From the IMG/VR virus record IMGVR_UViG_3300010165_000001, positions 32,001-96,000 of that record: a DNA stretch of 64,000 nucleotides; one strand, given 5' to 3'. The notes beneath the pieces are model-generated. The model was not told the origin of the DNA. It saw nothing but the letters and a program-made list of their open reading frames with translations, and ran no database searches. The DNA is from a virus. Shown here piece by piece: positions 16,289 to 24,424 of the stretch. Positions within the stretch are counted from its first letter, which is position 1, and each line of letters opens with the position of its first letter. The translations under genes and the position numbers were made by a program.

Positions 16289-17006
16289 TGTTCTCCTCCA
16301 TAAATTTCTTTATTTGTTTTCCTAATACGTTAATGTGACTAGGTATAAACATACTTACAATATTTGAATGTTCTGGATAGTCTAAGTTAAATATTTCACA
16401 CACTTTATCTTTGTCTACATCTTTCATATAAATAGTTAAGATGTCATTATTACTTCTAGTTTGTGAAACAGTAATAAATAAACCACTTGTATTTTTAAGT
16501 GCTTCGTGTGCTAATAATATCTTAAGTTTAGGGTCATTCTCATATAATAAATAGATATGTTTATCACCTATATTACTATAATAACACTTTTCTATTAATT
16601 CGTCAAGCTTAATTGGGTTATTATCCGAAATAAAACTTTGAATATTTTGATTGTATTCTAAAAAGTTAAAGTAATTATCGTGTTCTAATGCTACTCTCTT
16701 AAGTTCTTTGCTACTTTCAAGTAAACCTAAATAAAGTAATTGATGAATGATACTATAATGTTTCTTATCTTCTCCTACAGTATTAAAACCTTGAGGCATT
16801 GTACCTATGTTAGTGATAAAGTAAGTATTCTTGTTTTTAAAATAATCAAACTTACCTTCTTTATAGATGAAACCGATTAAAATATATTGTTCATTATCTA
16901 CATATCTAATAGGTTCTTTTTCTATATCTGATATACCATGAGTTTCTTTAAACAATCTAGGTATATATTTACTTTGTGTACTTTTCTCATTATATATAAC
17001 TATCAT
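16278..17006 (-). CDS. hypothetical protein (242 aa)
   Basis: AAGGAGG RBS. No motif recognised. Confidence 0.7.
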   Translation of the reverse strand: MIVIYNEKSTQSKYIPRLFKETHGISDIEKEPIRYVDNEQYILIGFIYKEGKFDYFKNKNTYFITNIGTMPQGFNTVGEDKKHYSIIHQLLYLGLLESSKELKRVALEHDNYFNFLEYNQNIQSFISDNNPIKLDELIEKCYYSNIGDKHIYLLYENDPKLKILLAHEALKNTSGLFITVSQTRSNNDILTIYMKDVDKDKVCEIFNLDYPEHSNIVSMFIPSHINVLGKQIKKFMEENNEV

Positions 17007-17020
17007 ATAAACCTCCTTGT

Positions 17021-17233
17021 CTATCCCATAATATTATCGTCATCTAATTTATCGATATACTTTCTTACAGAATCGTTTTTAGTTTCGATGTTTTTTATAG
17101 CTTTGCAAATATGATTAGTTCCTAATGTTATCGCTGCAACTATCAGTAAAGTATCGAATTTAAAATCGTGAAATTTACTCATACCTTCTTTGAGGTTGGC
17201 ATATACCTTTTCAAGTTCTATTAAAGAATACAT
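17021..17233 (-). CDS. hypothetical protein (70 aa)
   Basis: AAGGAGGA RBS with TAAATG junction. Confidence 0.6.
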   Translation of the reverse strand: MYSLIELEKVYANLKEGMSKFHDFKFDTLLIVAAITLGTNHICKAIKNIETKNDSVRKYIDKLDDDNIMG

Positions 17234-17458
17234 TTACTCGTCCTCCTTGTCGTACTCATAGTCATATACCAATGTACGTATATCGTCTGCTAAGTCCTGT
17301 GAAACAAATTCTGTTTTAACTTTTTTAATCACTTCATCAAAAGCCTTAGCTTTGCGATAGACTTCTTGTAGTTCTTTTAATATCTCTTTCTTTTCACTCT
17401 CGACCCACACACCTGATAACTTAGCAATTAAATTTTTCGTCTCATATTCATACGCCAT
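17234..17458 (-). CDS. hypothetical acidic protein (74 aa)
   Basis: TGGAG RBS. Contiguous with its neighbours. Confidence 0.6.
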   Translation of the reverse strand: MAYEYETKNLIAKLSGVWVESEKKEILKELQEVYRKAKAFDEVIKKVKTEFVSQDLADDIRTLVYDYEYDKEDE

Positions 17459-17800
17459 CTAATCACGCTCCAATCTATCAATGTAGTTAACCAAATCTAT
17501 ATAACGACTTACCCCTGGGTTCATTTCTGCTTTTGTCCGTATGTGACTGGTTAGGGTGGTGTATCTATCTTCTATTACTTCAAACGATTCTTGATAGCGA
17601 TAACATTTAACCCTAAGGTCTCTATAGAACTCCTGTAACTCCTCGTTCTCTCGTTCCAACCGTTTATTATTCGCACGCAAGACGATTAAATCATCCACAC
17701 AGTGTTGGTACGCTTTTTTGTATTGATTAAGTTCATTCATTACTTGTCTATATTCATTTTCAGACATTGTTATTCTATCGCTTTTGACATCTATTCTCAC
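17459..17800 (-). CDS. coiled-coil protein (113 aa), GTG start
   Basis: Starts with the GTG of the 20-bp repeated initiation cassette AAAGGAGTGATGGCGAGTG. Confidence 0.65.
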   Translation of the reverse strand: MRIDVKSDRITMSENEYRQVMNELNQYKKAYQHCVDDLIVLRANNKRLERENEELQEFYRDLRVKCYRYQESFEVIEDRYTTLTSHIRTKAEMNPGVSRYIDLVNYIDRLERD

Positions 17801-17817
17801 TCGCCATCACTCCTTTA
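17798..17817 (-). repeat. 20-bp exact direct repeat (copy 2 at 18213..18232)
   Basis: cactcgccatcactccttta is present twice. The minus sense TAAAGGAGTGATGGCGAGTG is RBS plus GTG start for 17459..17800 and for 18030..18215. Confidence 0.95.
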
Positions 17818-18024
17818 TTGATTAGGTAATCCATAACTCATGCACTCATTAAACAGTTCATCTTGTGCTATCCCTTTTTTGAGTTCGTGTATTTTATTAC
17901 TCACTTCTTCATTACTCATCATCTTTATTTCAGTTTTTGATAACATACCTTCTTCAGATATATCGCTGTCATAATACTGTGCTTGTAATGATTGAACATA
18001 CTTTACTTGTTTATCTGTAGCCAT
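17815..18024 (-). CDS. hypothetical protein (69 aa)
   Basis: GAGGAGTG lies 6 nt before the ATG at 18024 (MATDKQVKYVQSL). The ATxKQ motif is shared with 19624..19842. Confidence 0.6.
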   Translation of the reverse strand: MATDKQVKYVQSLQAQYYDSDISEEGMLSKTEIKMMSNEEVSNKIHELKKGIAQDELFNECMSYGLPNQ

Positions 18025-18029
18025 TTTAA

Positions 18030-18215
18030 TCACTCCTCGTAATTTCGTGTGTTCCATATCTTAACTAACTTATCTACGCTATCTGTTTTAACGTGTAACC
18101 ATGTAGAAGGTTGTAATTTACATTTAGTGTTAGTACATTCAACTAAAGCTTTGTCGAAACTATAACTTAAATCTGCACGACCTCCACAAAAGGGGCAGGG
18201 TTTTAATAATTCCAC
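18030..18215 (-). CDS. lar: Lar-family (restriction alleviation-like) zinc-ribbon protein, 61 aa
   Basis: LKPCPFCGG .. VECTNTKC .. IWNTR matches the pattern I recall for the Lar family (CPFCGG, second Cys pair, C-terminal WNxR). Confidence 0.6.
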   Translation of the reverse strand: MELLKPCPFCGGRADLSYSFDKALVECTNTKCKLQPSTWLHVKTDSVDKLVKIWNTRNYEE

Positions 18216-18221
18216 TCGCCA

Positions 18222-18764
18222 TCACTCCTTTAGTAAATGTGGGTGTTCGTATATTCTTTGTCTAATAACGCTACGGTCACAACCGTATATTCTTGATATC
18301 TGACTTATGTTTAGTCCATTGTCTAAATGTGACTTTAACTCTTTCAAATCAATGTTGTATTTCCTCTTATATTTAATACCTTTCCTATTCTTATTTGCTT
18401 TAGAAATACCTTCCTTATGTTTTTCTGTAAATTCTCTTCCAGTTAAATGGTTAGATAAATGAGTAAAACTATCTAACACCTCTAAATTGTTTTTTGAAGA
18501 ATCTAATTTATTTTCGTTTATATGATGAACATGCTCATTAGTTTCTAATTTTCTATCTAACCAATACATCATTAACAATCTATGAACATGATATTTTTTA
18601 TCATGTATTGATACGCACGGATAACAACCATGCATATATATTTTCTTTTTGCTCAATGTTGGTTTACTCTGAAACCATAGAATTGCTTTTTCTAGTTCTT
18701 CATAATCAACAATACAATTAGCTACATTATTAAATTTAATAGGTTTTTGATTATTCACTGTCAT
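18222..18764 (-). CDS. free-standing HNH endonuclease with C-terminal HTH (180 aa)
   Basis: HVHHINENKLDSSKNNLEVL..H is an intact HNH motif. C-terminal LNISQISRIYGCDRSVIRQRI is an HTH. Confidence 0.8.
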   Translation of the reverse strand: MTVNNQKPIKFNNVANCIVDYEELEKAILWFQSKPTLSKKKIYMHGCYPCVSIHDKKYHVHRLLMMYWLDRKLETNEHVHHINENKLDSSKNNLEVLDSFTHLSNHLTGREFTEKHKEGISKANKNRKGIKYKRKYNIDLKELKSHLDNGLNISQISRIYGCDRSVIRQRIYEHPHLLKE

Positions 18765-19122
18765 ATTCTAATAACTCCTTATGCTCAAATTTATTACCAA
18801 TGATTTCAAAAAGTCCGTTTAAATCTTCATGCCATGACAAATACTGTTTAACACCTTCTGAATAAAATTTTGCACTGCCGTATTTGACTACACCAATGTG
18901 TCTACCATGTTCACCGTATTTTGTTTTAACAACATCTCCCTCAAACACCTCAACACCATGCTTGTCTTTAAGCCCTGTGGATTGGAGGAGTATAATATCC
19001 TTAAAATCTGCTACTTCTGTGTATTTTCCATTTTCATATACAATCTCTTTATATTTATAATTAATCTCTTGTACATCTACAATGATTCCTGTTCCTTTTA
19101 AATACGCTCTAAACTTAATCAT
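18751..19122 (-). CDS. YopX-family protein (123 aa)
   Basis: MIKFRAY.., LLQSTGLKDKHGVEVFEGDVV and ..IIGNKFEHKELLE are typical YopX signatures. Confidence 0.75.
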   Translation of the reverse strand: MIKFRAYLKGTGIIVDVQEINYKYKEIVYENGKYTEVADFKDIILLQSTGLKDKHGVEVFEGDVVKTKYGEHGRHIGVVKYGSAKFYSEGVKQYLSWHEDLNGLFEIIGNKFEHKELLEYDSE

Positions 19123-19548
19123 CTACTCCACCAGCCCTTTATCGTGTGTCCAAATTAAATGTGGTATTCCTTTATCATCAAAATAAGTTATGCTTAATTG
19201 TTCACTCACATACATCAAGCTGTCAGATTGACTTAATACACTTTTCTTACATTTATCTTCATACCAATGTGTTTCAATTTTATCGTTGTCTTTTTTGTAA
19301 GTTAATAATAAATAATTAAACACTGTATCTTCTGTGACCTCCTCCTCGACTTCGACTGTGAAAGTGTCTTTATTATTTATAGATTGACTTGTTCTAACAC
19401 CGTAACCATCTACAGAAAACTGCACATAAGGGCTGTATTCGTCATGTTCTTTTGTTAAATATAGTTTGCCTTTTACCAACTCTGGATTATTAAATCCCCA
19501 CTCAATCAACTGCGGTAAGTTTAATTCTTTCTTTTGTTTAATCTTCAT
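19123..19548 (-). CDS. hypothetical protein (141 aa)
   Basis: The second ATG is 9 nt from GGAGGAGA. Confidence 0.65.
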   Translation of the reverse strand: MKIKQKKELNLPQLIEWGFNNPELVKGKLYLTKEHDEYSPYVQFSVDGYGVRTSQSINNKDTFTVEVEEEVTEDTVFNYLLLTYKKDNDKIETHWYEDKCKKSVLSQSDSLMYVSEQLSITYFDDKGIPHLIWTHDKGLVE

Positions 19549-19623
19549 AACCATTCTCCTCCATTACTTTCCTGTATAGTTTAACATACTAAGATAAATA
19601 AGTAAAGCTATTTTTTTATTTTT

Positions 19624-19842
19624 TTATCTATCTCCTACATCTTCACAGTAGCACTCTGCTTCTATCTCTATCCATAAGTCTTCTATCTCTTTAATATATA
19701 CGAAAGCTTCATCAATTGTTAGAGAGTCAAAGTCTATGTCTTCATGTATACTGTACTCCTTAATGAAAGCTACCTGTTTAGGGGTGGCTTTATTAATTTC
19801 TTTGTGTTCATGATTAAGTAATCTCTTGAAGTTTCTATTCAT
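19624..19842 (-). CDS. hypothetical protein (72 aa)
   Basis: ATGA coupling. KATPKQVAFIKE motif similar to 17815..18024. Confidence 0.6.
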   Translation of the reverse strand: MNRNFKRLLNHEHKEINKATPKQVAFIKEYSIHEDIDFDSLTIDEAFVYIKEIEDLWIEIEAECYCEDVGDR

Positions 19843-20213
19843 AACATATCTACCAATCTCATTAAATCAATAACAGTATCATTGTATTCAGGACTACCAT
19901 TTAATTCTCTTAGTTTAGATAGTTTATCTTTAACTATAGCTTTAATCTTTTCATCTCTACTATCTTTAAGGTTAGGATTCTCATCTAAATATTTTAAAAC
20001 TTTCTCTATATTTCCATTTATGATTTTAAAGTTTTCGTATTCAAAATCAGGTATTGTTTTAATATATTCAAACAAACCGTCTATGGAAGCTTTATTTAAA
20101 TCAGCTTTATCTTTAATATCCCATGTATTTCTTAAAGTATTTTTAATATCATGGTCTTCTAACAACTTTATCCTTGATTTAATATCTCGTAATAAAACCA
20201 TTTCCTCTGTCAT
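19839..20213 (-). CDS. hypothetical protein (124 aa)
   Basis: GAGGAGGA RBS. Confidence 0.65.
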   Translation of the reverse strand: MTEEMVLLRDIKSRIKLLEDHDIKNTLRNTWDIKDKADLNKASIDGLFEYIKTIPDFEYENFKIINGNIEKVLKYLDENPNLKDSRDEKIKAIVKDKLSKLRELNGSPEYNDTVIDLMRLVDML

Positions 20214-20215
20214 GA

Positions 20216-20470
20216 TTATTCCTCCTCTTTCTCTTTCTTATACATGTAACCGAAAGTATCTCCACCTGGTTCTGTGAACCCATACTCACTAATACCATAT
20301 CCATTACCTACTCGAATAAAATTAATTTCATCTGCAATAGCTTGAACATTTAGTGTCTTAGTAGAAACTTTATCAAATACGACTGCAATATCTTCATTGT
20401 CTTTTACATCTTTCATTTTCTCTCTTACCTTTTCTAAATCATTCCACGTTCTAAATGTAATTACTTCCAT
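20216..20470 (-). CDS. hypothetical protein (84 aa)
   Basis: AAAGGAGAGG RBS. First gene after a consensus promoter. Confidence 0.65.
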   Translation of the reverse strand: MEVITFRTWNDLEKVREKMKDVKDNEDIAVVFDKVSTKTLNVQAIADEINFIRVGNGYGISEYGFTEPGGDTFGYMYKKEKEEE

Positions 20471-20502
20471 GTAAAACCTCTCCTTTTATTTGATATGTAT
20501 AT

Positions 20503-20531
20503 ACTATACCATAGTTAATAGTTTATGTCAA
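20503..20531 (-). promoter_or_regulatory. sigma-A promoter (extended -10)
   Basis: TTGACA (20531..20526), 17 nt, TGg-TATAGT (20508..20503). Confidence 0.8.
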
Positions 20532-20532
20532 T

Positions 20533-20562
20533 AAAAAAAGACCAACAAATTAATGTTGGTCT
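20533..20562 (-). terminator. rho-independent terminator
   Basis: AGACCAACA-TTAATT-TGTTGGTCT (9 bp), then T7, abutting the next -35. Confidence 0.8.
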
Positions 20563-20572
20563 AAAATATTTT

Positions 20573-20809
20573 TTAAGCTTCAGGTTCTCCCGACTCTTCT
20601 GGTTGTTCAGCTTGTTCTGTTGTAAATGTAGGTACATCTACTTTAGCACTTTCCCCTGATTCATTAGAGAACGAGACTTGGAAAGTACCTTCAGGATACT
20701 CAGTTCCTGCATCTAAGCCACTAATAGTAGCTTTAGCAGAACCATCTTCCCCTACTTCTGTATATTGTACTACTTCTTCACCTTTATAAACATTGAATAC
20801 TTTTGCCAT
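20573..20809 (-). CDS. small beta-rich structural-like protein (78 aa), paralog of the N-domain of 20826..21341
   Basis: VYKGEE...GTEYPEGTFQVSFSNESGESAKVDVPTFTT aligns with LYKGEE...NTTYPKGTYQVAFENESGESDKVDVPEFKT. Confidence 0.65.
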   Translation of the reverse strand: MAKVFNVYKGEEVVQYTEVGEDGSAKATISGLDAGTEYPEGTFQVSFSNESGESAKVDVPTFTTEQAEQPEESGEPEA

Positions 20810-20825
20810 AAGTTAGAGTTTCCTC

Positions 20826-21341
20826 CTATACGATAATATCTGCTGTTGTTTCACTTGGTTCTACAGTTACATCTTCAGGTGCATCAGGTATTGGGTCTTT
20901 TACAGTTACTTCACAAGTAGCTTGTTTATTACCTTCTTCACTTGTAACAGTAATAGTAGCTGTACCTGGACTAATTGCTAATACACTACCTGAATCATCT
21001 ACAGTAGCAACGTCTTCATTATCTGAAGAGAAACTTACATTTTTATTATCTGCTTCATTAGGACTTACTGTTGCTGTTAGGGTATCTGTTTGTTCAGTTT
21101 CTAATTCTAAAGTGTTTTTATCTAAAGATACACTAACTACACCAACAGATTTAGTTTTAAATTCAGGAACATCTACCTTATCACTTTCACCCGATTCATT
21201 TTCAAAAGCAACTTGATATGTTCCTTTAGGATATGTCGTATTAGAGTCTAAGTCTGTAATTGTAACAGAAGCAATATCTCCTTGTTTTTCTCCAGATGTT
21301 AATAATTCTTCACCTTTATACAAATTTAACTTTTCTACCAA
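20826..21341 (-). CDS. Ig-like (Big_2) domain protein (171 aa)
   Basis: The segment VSLDKNTLELE..TLTATVSPNEADNKNVSFSSDNEDVATVDDSGSVLAISPGTATITV is a classic Big_2 pattern. Confidence 0.8.
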   Translation of the reverse strand: MVEKLNLYKGEELLTSGEKQGDIASVTITDLDSNTTYPKGTYQVAFENESGESDKVDVPEFKTKSVGVVSVSLDKNTLELETEQTDTLTATVSPNEADNKNVSFSSDNEDVATVDDSGSVLAISPGTATITVTSEEGNKQATCEVTVKDPIPDAPEDVTVEPSETTADIIV

Positions 21342-21359
21342 AACATTTCATCCTTTCAA

Positions 21360-22010
21360 TTATTCAGCAGATACATCTGCTTCTTTTTCTTTTGGCTCTA
21401 CGTCTACATTTTCTGGTTCTTTAGGTGCTTCGATTTCTTTTTCTTCTTTAGCTACTGATTCAGCTACACCTTCTGGGTATGGTCTCATTTCAGTACGTGT
21501 TGAACCCCAAGCAAAACGTTCTTCTCTTGCTCGTGCAGAAGGTGTATCAGAGTCTTCAAAGTTCTCTGCATCTTCATCAGAGCTATCTTTAACACCGAAA
21601 GCATCTTCTGTATTTGTAAAGAATACGTTATAAACACCTAATGTAAAGTTATCATAAGCAAATGCTAAGAAAGCTTGTAATACTTGTTTAGCTTTGTCTA
21701 ATCCTTTAATATCTTCTTCACGAATAATTGGGTGTTCGTATGGGTCTGTAACTGTACTTACTACGAAATATACAATATCTCCATCAGTGTAAATGATTGG
21801 TGATTTCTTACGTGTAACAAGTGTACCTTTACCATCAGTTTCTACTGGGTATACAAAGTACTCTTCACCTTCTTGAACCACTTTATAAGAGTATACCCCA
21901 TTATGTGTTCCTGTATAACCGTCTGCATTTGTTTTAACTTCTAGATATTTATTATTAATATCTACTGTACCATCTTGAAAGATTACATCTTTCAATACTT
22001 CTTTAACCAT
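21360..22010 (-). CDS. hypothetical (structural?) protein with acidic tail (216 aa)
   Basis: GGAGATGA RBS. Sits with the Ig-like genes, as in Twort-like phages. Confidence 0.65.
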   Translation of the reverse strand: MVKEVLKDVIFQDGTVDINNKYLEVKTNADGYTGTHNGVYSYKVVQEGEEYFVYPVETDGKGTLVTRKKSPIIYTDGDIVYFVVSTVTDPYEHPIIREEDIKGLDKAKQVLQAFLAFAYDNFTLGVYNVFFTNTEDAFGVKDSSDEDAENFEDSDTPSARAREERFAWGSTRTEMRPYPEGVAESVAKEEKEIEAPKEPENVDVEPKEKEADVSAE

Positions 22011-22060
22011 TTATTTTCATCTCCTAATTGATTTAAATTATTATTATTGTTTTCAGTAAT

Positions 22061-22069
22061 AATATATCA
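22061..22069 (-). promoter_or_regulatory. candidate extended -10 element (TGaTATATT)
   Basis: No -35. Lies about 60 nt upstream of the 21360..22010 start. Resembles the element at 58316..58324. Confidence 0.3.
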
Positions 22070-22086
22070 CTCATACGGTACTCTTC

Positions 22087-22740
22087 CTACATTTCCCACG
22101 TATTATTTTCAGTATTCACTCTACCTTTAACAATATCTATATCCTTATTATTACTTTCATGTGCATGTAACTTAAACCTTATAAAATCTTTTAGTTCTGT
22201 TAATGTTCGTGTAACATCTTTTCTAGGTACTTCCATTCGACTAGCTACATTAGATACAATGATAGGGTCATCTACATTCTCATCATTTGTAAATATTTCA
22301 TGTAATAACTCACTCTCAACTTCAGTGAAATCAACACCATCGAATAAATAACTTACCAAATCATTCATATATAAATCACTATCACTTGATTCGATAATCG
22401 TTTCTAATGTATCATCATCATTACCAAATACAACATTAGCTTCCCTATCTCTATTCTTTTTAACATAACTATTTCTAACTCTCATTGTTAATTTACTTTT
22501 AATGTAATAAGGGAAGTCTACTTCACTATGAATATTATATTCTTTAACAAGTTTAATGAATTGCTCATTAATGTATTCTAAGAGTTCTTCTTTCTTAACA
22601 TAACTATCCATTTGGTTTGCAAATCTATAATATAGAGCATATCTAAGGTTTTTATAGTTGTGCATAAGCTTATCTATGTCTCTATCTAATTCATGACTCA
22701 ATCCTTCTGTATCTATTACATATCTATTTCCATTATTCAA
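22087..22740 (-). CDS. sigma-70-like transcription factor (217 aa)
   Basis: Region-2-like LVKEYN..DFPYYIKSKLTMRVRNSYVKK and region-4-like HTH VSNVASRMEVPRKDVTRTLTELK. Its position matches the sigma-like gene of Twort-like phages. Confidence 0.5.
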   Translation of the reverse strand: MNNGNRYVIDTEGLSHELDRDIDKLMHNYKNLRYALYYRFANQMDSYVKKEELLEYINEQFIKLVKEYNIHSEVDFPYYIKSKLTMRVRNSYVKKNRDREANVVFGNDDDTLETIIESSDSDLYMNDLVSYLFDGVDFTEVESELLHEIFTNDENVDDPIIVSNVASRMEVPRKDVTRTLTELKDFIRFKLHAHESNNKDIDIVKGRVNTENNTWEM

Positions 22741-23099
22741 CTCATTTCACTCCGATACGGGTTAGCTCCCTCTACAATAATCTTTACTTTATTATATTTA
22801 TCTTGTACATATATATCTGAATAATGAATTGTTCTAGGTACTTGGATATTTTCTCCATTAAATCTAGTAATAGAATAACCCCTACACCATCTATCATATA
22901 CATCAGTAATGTAAATTACCATTGCATCTGTGTAAGGAAATCCACTTTCTTCATAGATAATATACAATCCATTCTCTTTAATATATTTGAACCTTGTCTT
23001 AATATCTCTATAAGGTTCAGGTACTGCTTCTAAATAAGATTCATCTTCTAAACTCTGTTTAATACGTTCTAGGTTATCATCAATCATATTACTTGTCAA
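22737..23099 (-). CDS. hypothetical protein (120 aa), TTG start
   Basis: TTG lies 8 nt after AAGGAGG. Confidence 0.65.
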   Translation of the reverse strand: MTSNMIDDNLERIKQSLEDESYLEAVPEPYRDIKTRFKYIKENGLYIIYEESGFPYTDAMVIYITDVYDRWCRGYSITRFNGENIQVPRTIHYSDIYVQDKYNKVKIIVEGANPYRSEMS

Positions 23100-23116
23100 G
23101 ACACTTACCTCCTTTT

Positions 23117-23143
23117 AAAACAAGAAGACCTTTATTGGTCTTC
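23117..23143 (-). terminator. weak terminator or attenuator hairpin
   Basis: GAAGACC-AATAAA-GGTCTTC, then TTGTTTT. Overlaps the recA-like stop. Confidence 0.4.
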
Positions 23144-24358
23144 CTGCTCTCCTTTTGTTTCTTCTTTAGGTTTTTCTTTTTCTAATTCATCATAATATTC
23201 TTCTAGTGCTTTATATTCAGGTATAGTTGTAATATCTACATCTTTATTCTTTAATGGTGCATACCCTTTAGGGAAATTTGCTACATAAGTACGTTTAAAT
23301 AGCTCTTCAAACAACTCAGGGTCTTCCTTAAGTCTAGGAGTCCATTCAGCATCACGTAATTTAATCTCTTCACCATTTAAAGTAACATAATTTCTCCATG
23401 CTCCTTTAGTAATAAAACCTTTTTCTACTGCTTCTTGATAAATTGTATACTCAGGGTCTAAACCATTAATAACTTCTCCTGTAGGTAAATCCCATTCTGA
23501 AAGTAAATCAGCACTTGCTTTTTGATTAGGTCTAGATAATTTAGATTTCTTAGTTTCTAATCTCATAGAGTGTCCTGAATATTCTTCTTTACCTGCTGTT
23601 TCTTTATGTTGTTTTACTTGTGCTCCTTTATTAACTTTAAGTCTTAAACTAGCACTATGCTCAAAAGCTTTACCCCCACCAGATTTAACTTTATCCCCAT
23701 ACATACCTGCATCCATGTCGTCTCTTGCTTGGTTTACAACAATAATACCTGTGTTTGTATTATTTAATTTAGGTGTTATAGCATTAATAACTTTTTGTGT
23801 GGCAGAAGCTCTTATACCCATCTGTTTAGTATCAATACCGCCATCTATTTCTGTTTGTGAACGTGTAGCACCTAGTGAATCCCATATAAATACAATAGGA
23901 ACACCTGGGTACTTCTCATTAAAAGTATCTACCCAATACTCTAACTCCTTACCTACTTGTTCAATAGATAACTCAACTGTATTTTTAAGTCTCTGACCTT
24001 CTCCTGCTTGAATAGAGAATATCTTAGTAATATCCACACCTAGTTGTTCCATTCTTGCATTATCGGCTGTACCTTCTGTATCTACCCAAACAGTAATAAT
24101 ACCTAAATCAATTAGTGTTTTTGTTAGGTGCACAGCAAAAGTCGATTTACCGCTACTAGGTATCCCGTAAACCTCGGTAAGTCTTCCTAAAGGAATCCCT
24201 CCACCCATAATTCTATCATATTGAGGTACTCTTGTAGGTAATATATTTTTAATATCTGCTTTGTTTGTATCTGATAGGATTGTCAATCCCATTTCTTTAC
24301 CTAAATCAATTGTATTTAAATCAGACATATCAAATTGTTTTTTACTGCTTCTTGCCAT
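23132..24358 (-). CDS. RecA/UvsX-like recombinase (408 aa)
   Basis: RIMGGGIPLGRLTEVYGIPSSGKSTFAVHL (Walker A in RecA context), VWDSLG (Walker B-like) and a loop-2-like VNQARDDMD. Confidence 0.85.
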   Translation of the reverse strand: MARSSKKQFDMSDLNTIDLGKEMGLTILSDTNKADIKNILPTRVPQYDRIMGGGIPLGRLTEVYGIPSSGKSTFAVHLTKTLIDLGIITVWVDTEGTADNARMEQLGVDITKIFSIQAGEGQRLKNTVELSIEQVGKELEYWVDTFNEKYPGVPIVFIWDSLGATRSQTEIDGGIDTKQMGIRASATQKVINAITPKLNNTNTGIIVVNQARDDMDAGMYGDKVKSGGGKAFEHSASLRLKVNKGAQVKQHKETAGKEEYSGHSMRLETKKSKLSRPNQKASADLLSEWDLPTGEVINGLDPEYTIYQEAVEKGFITKGAWRNYVTLNGEEIKLRDAEWTPRLKEDPELFEELFKRTYVANFPKGYAPLKNKDVDITTIPEYKALEEYYDELEKEKPKEETKGEQEDQ

Positions 24359-24384
24359 AAATCTTTTCCTCCTTTTGTATACCT

Positions 24385-24415
24385 AAAAAATAAAGTAGCA
24401 CAGTTAAGTGCTACT
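24385..24415 (-). terminator. rho-independent terminator
   Basis: AGTAGCAC-TTAACT-GTGCTACT, then TTATTTTTT. Confidence 0.7.
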
Positions 24416-24424
24416 ATTAAATTC

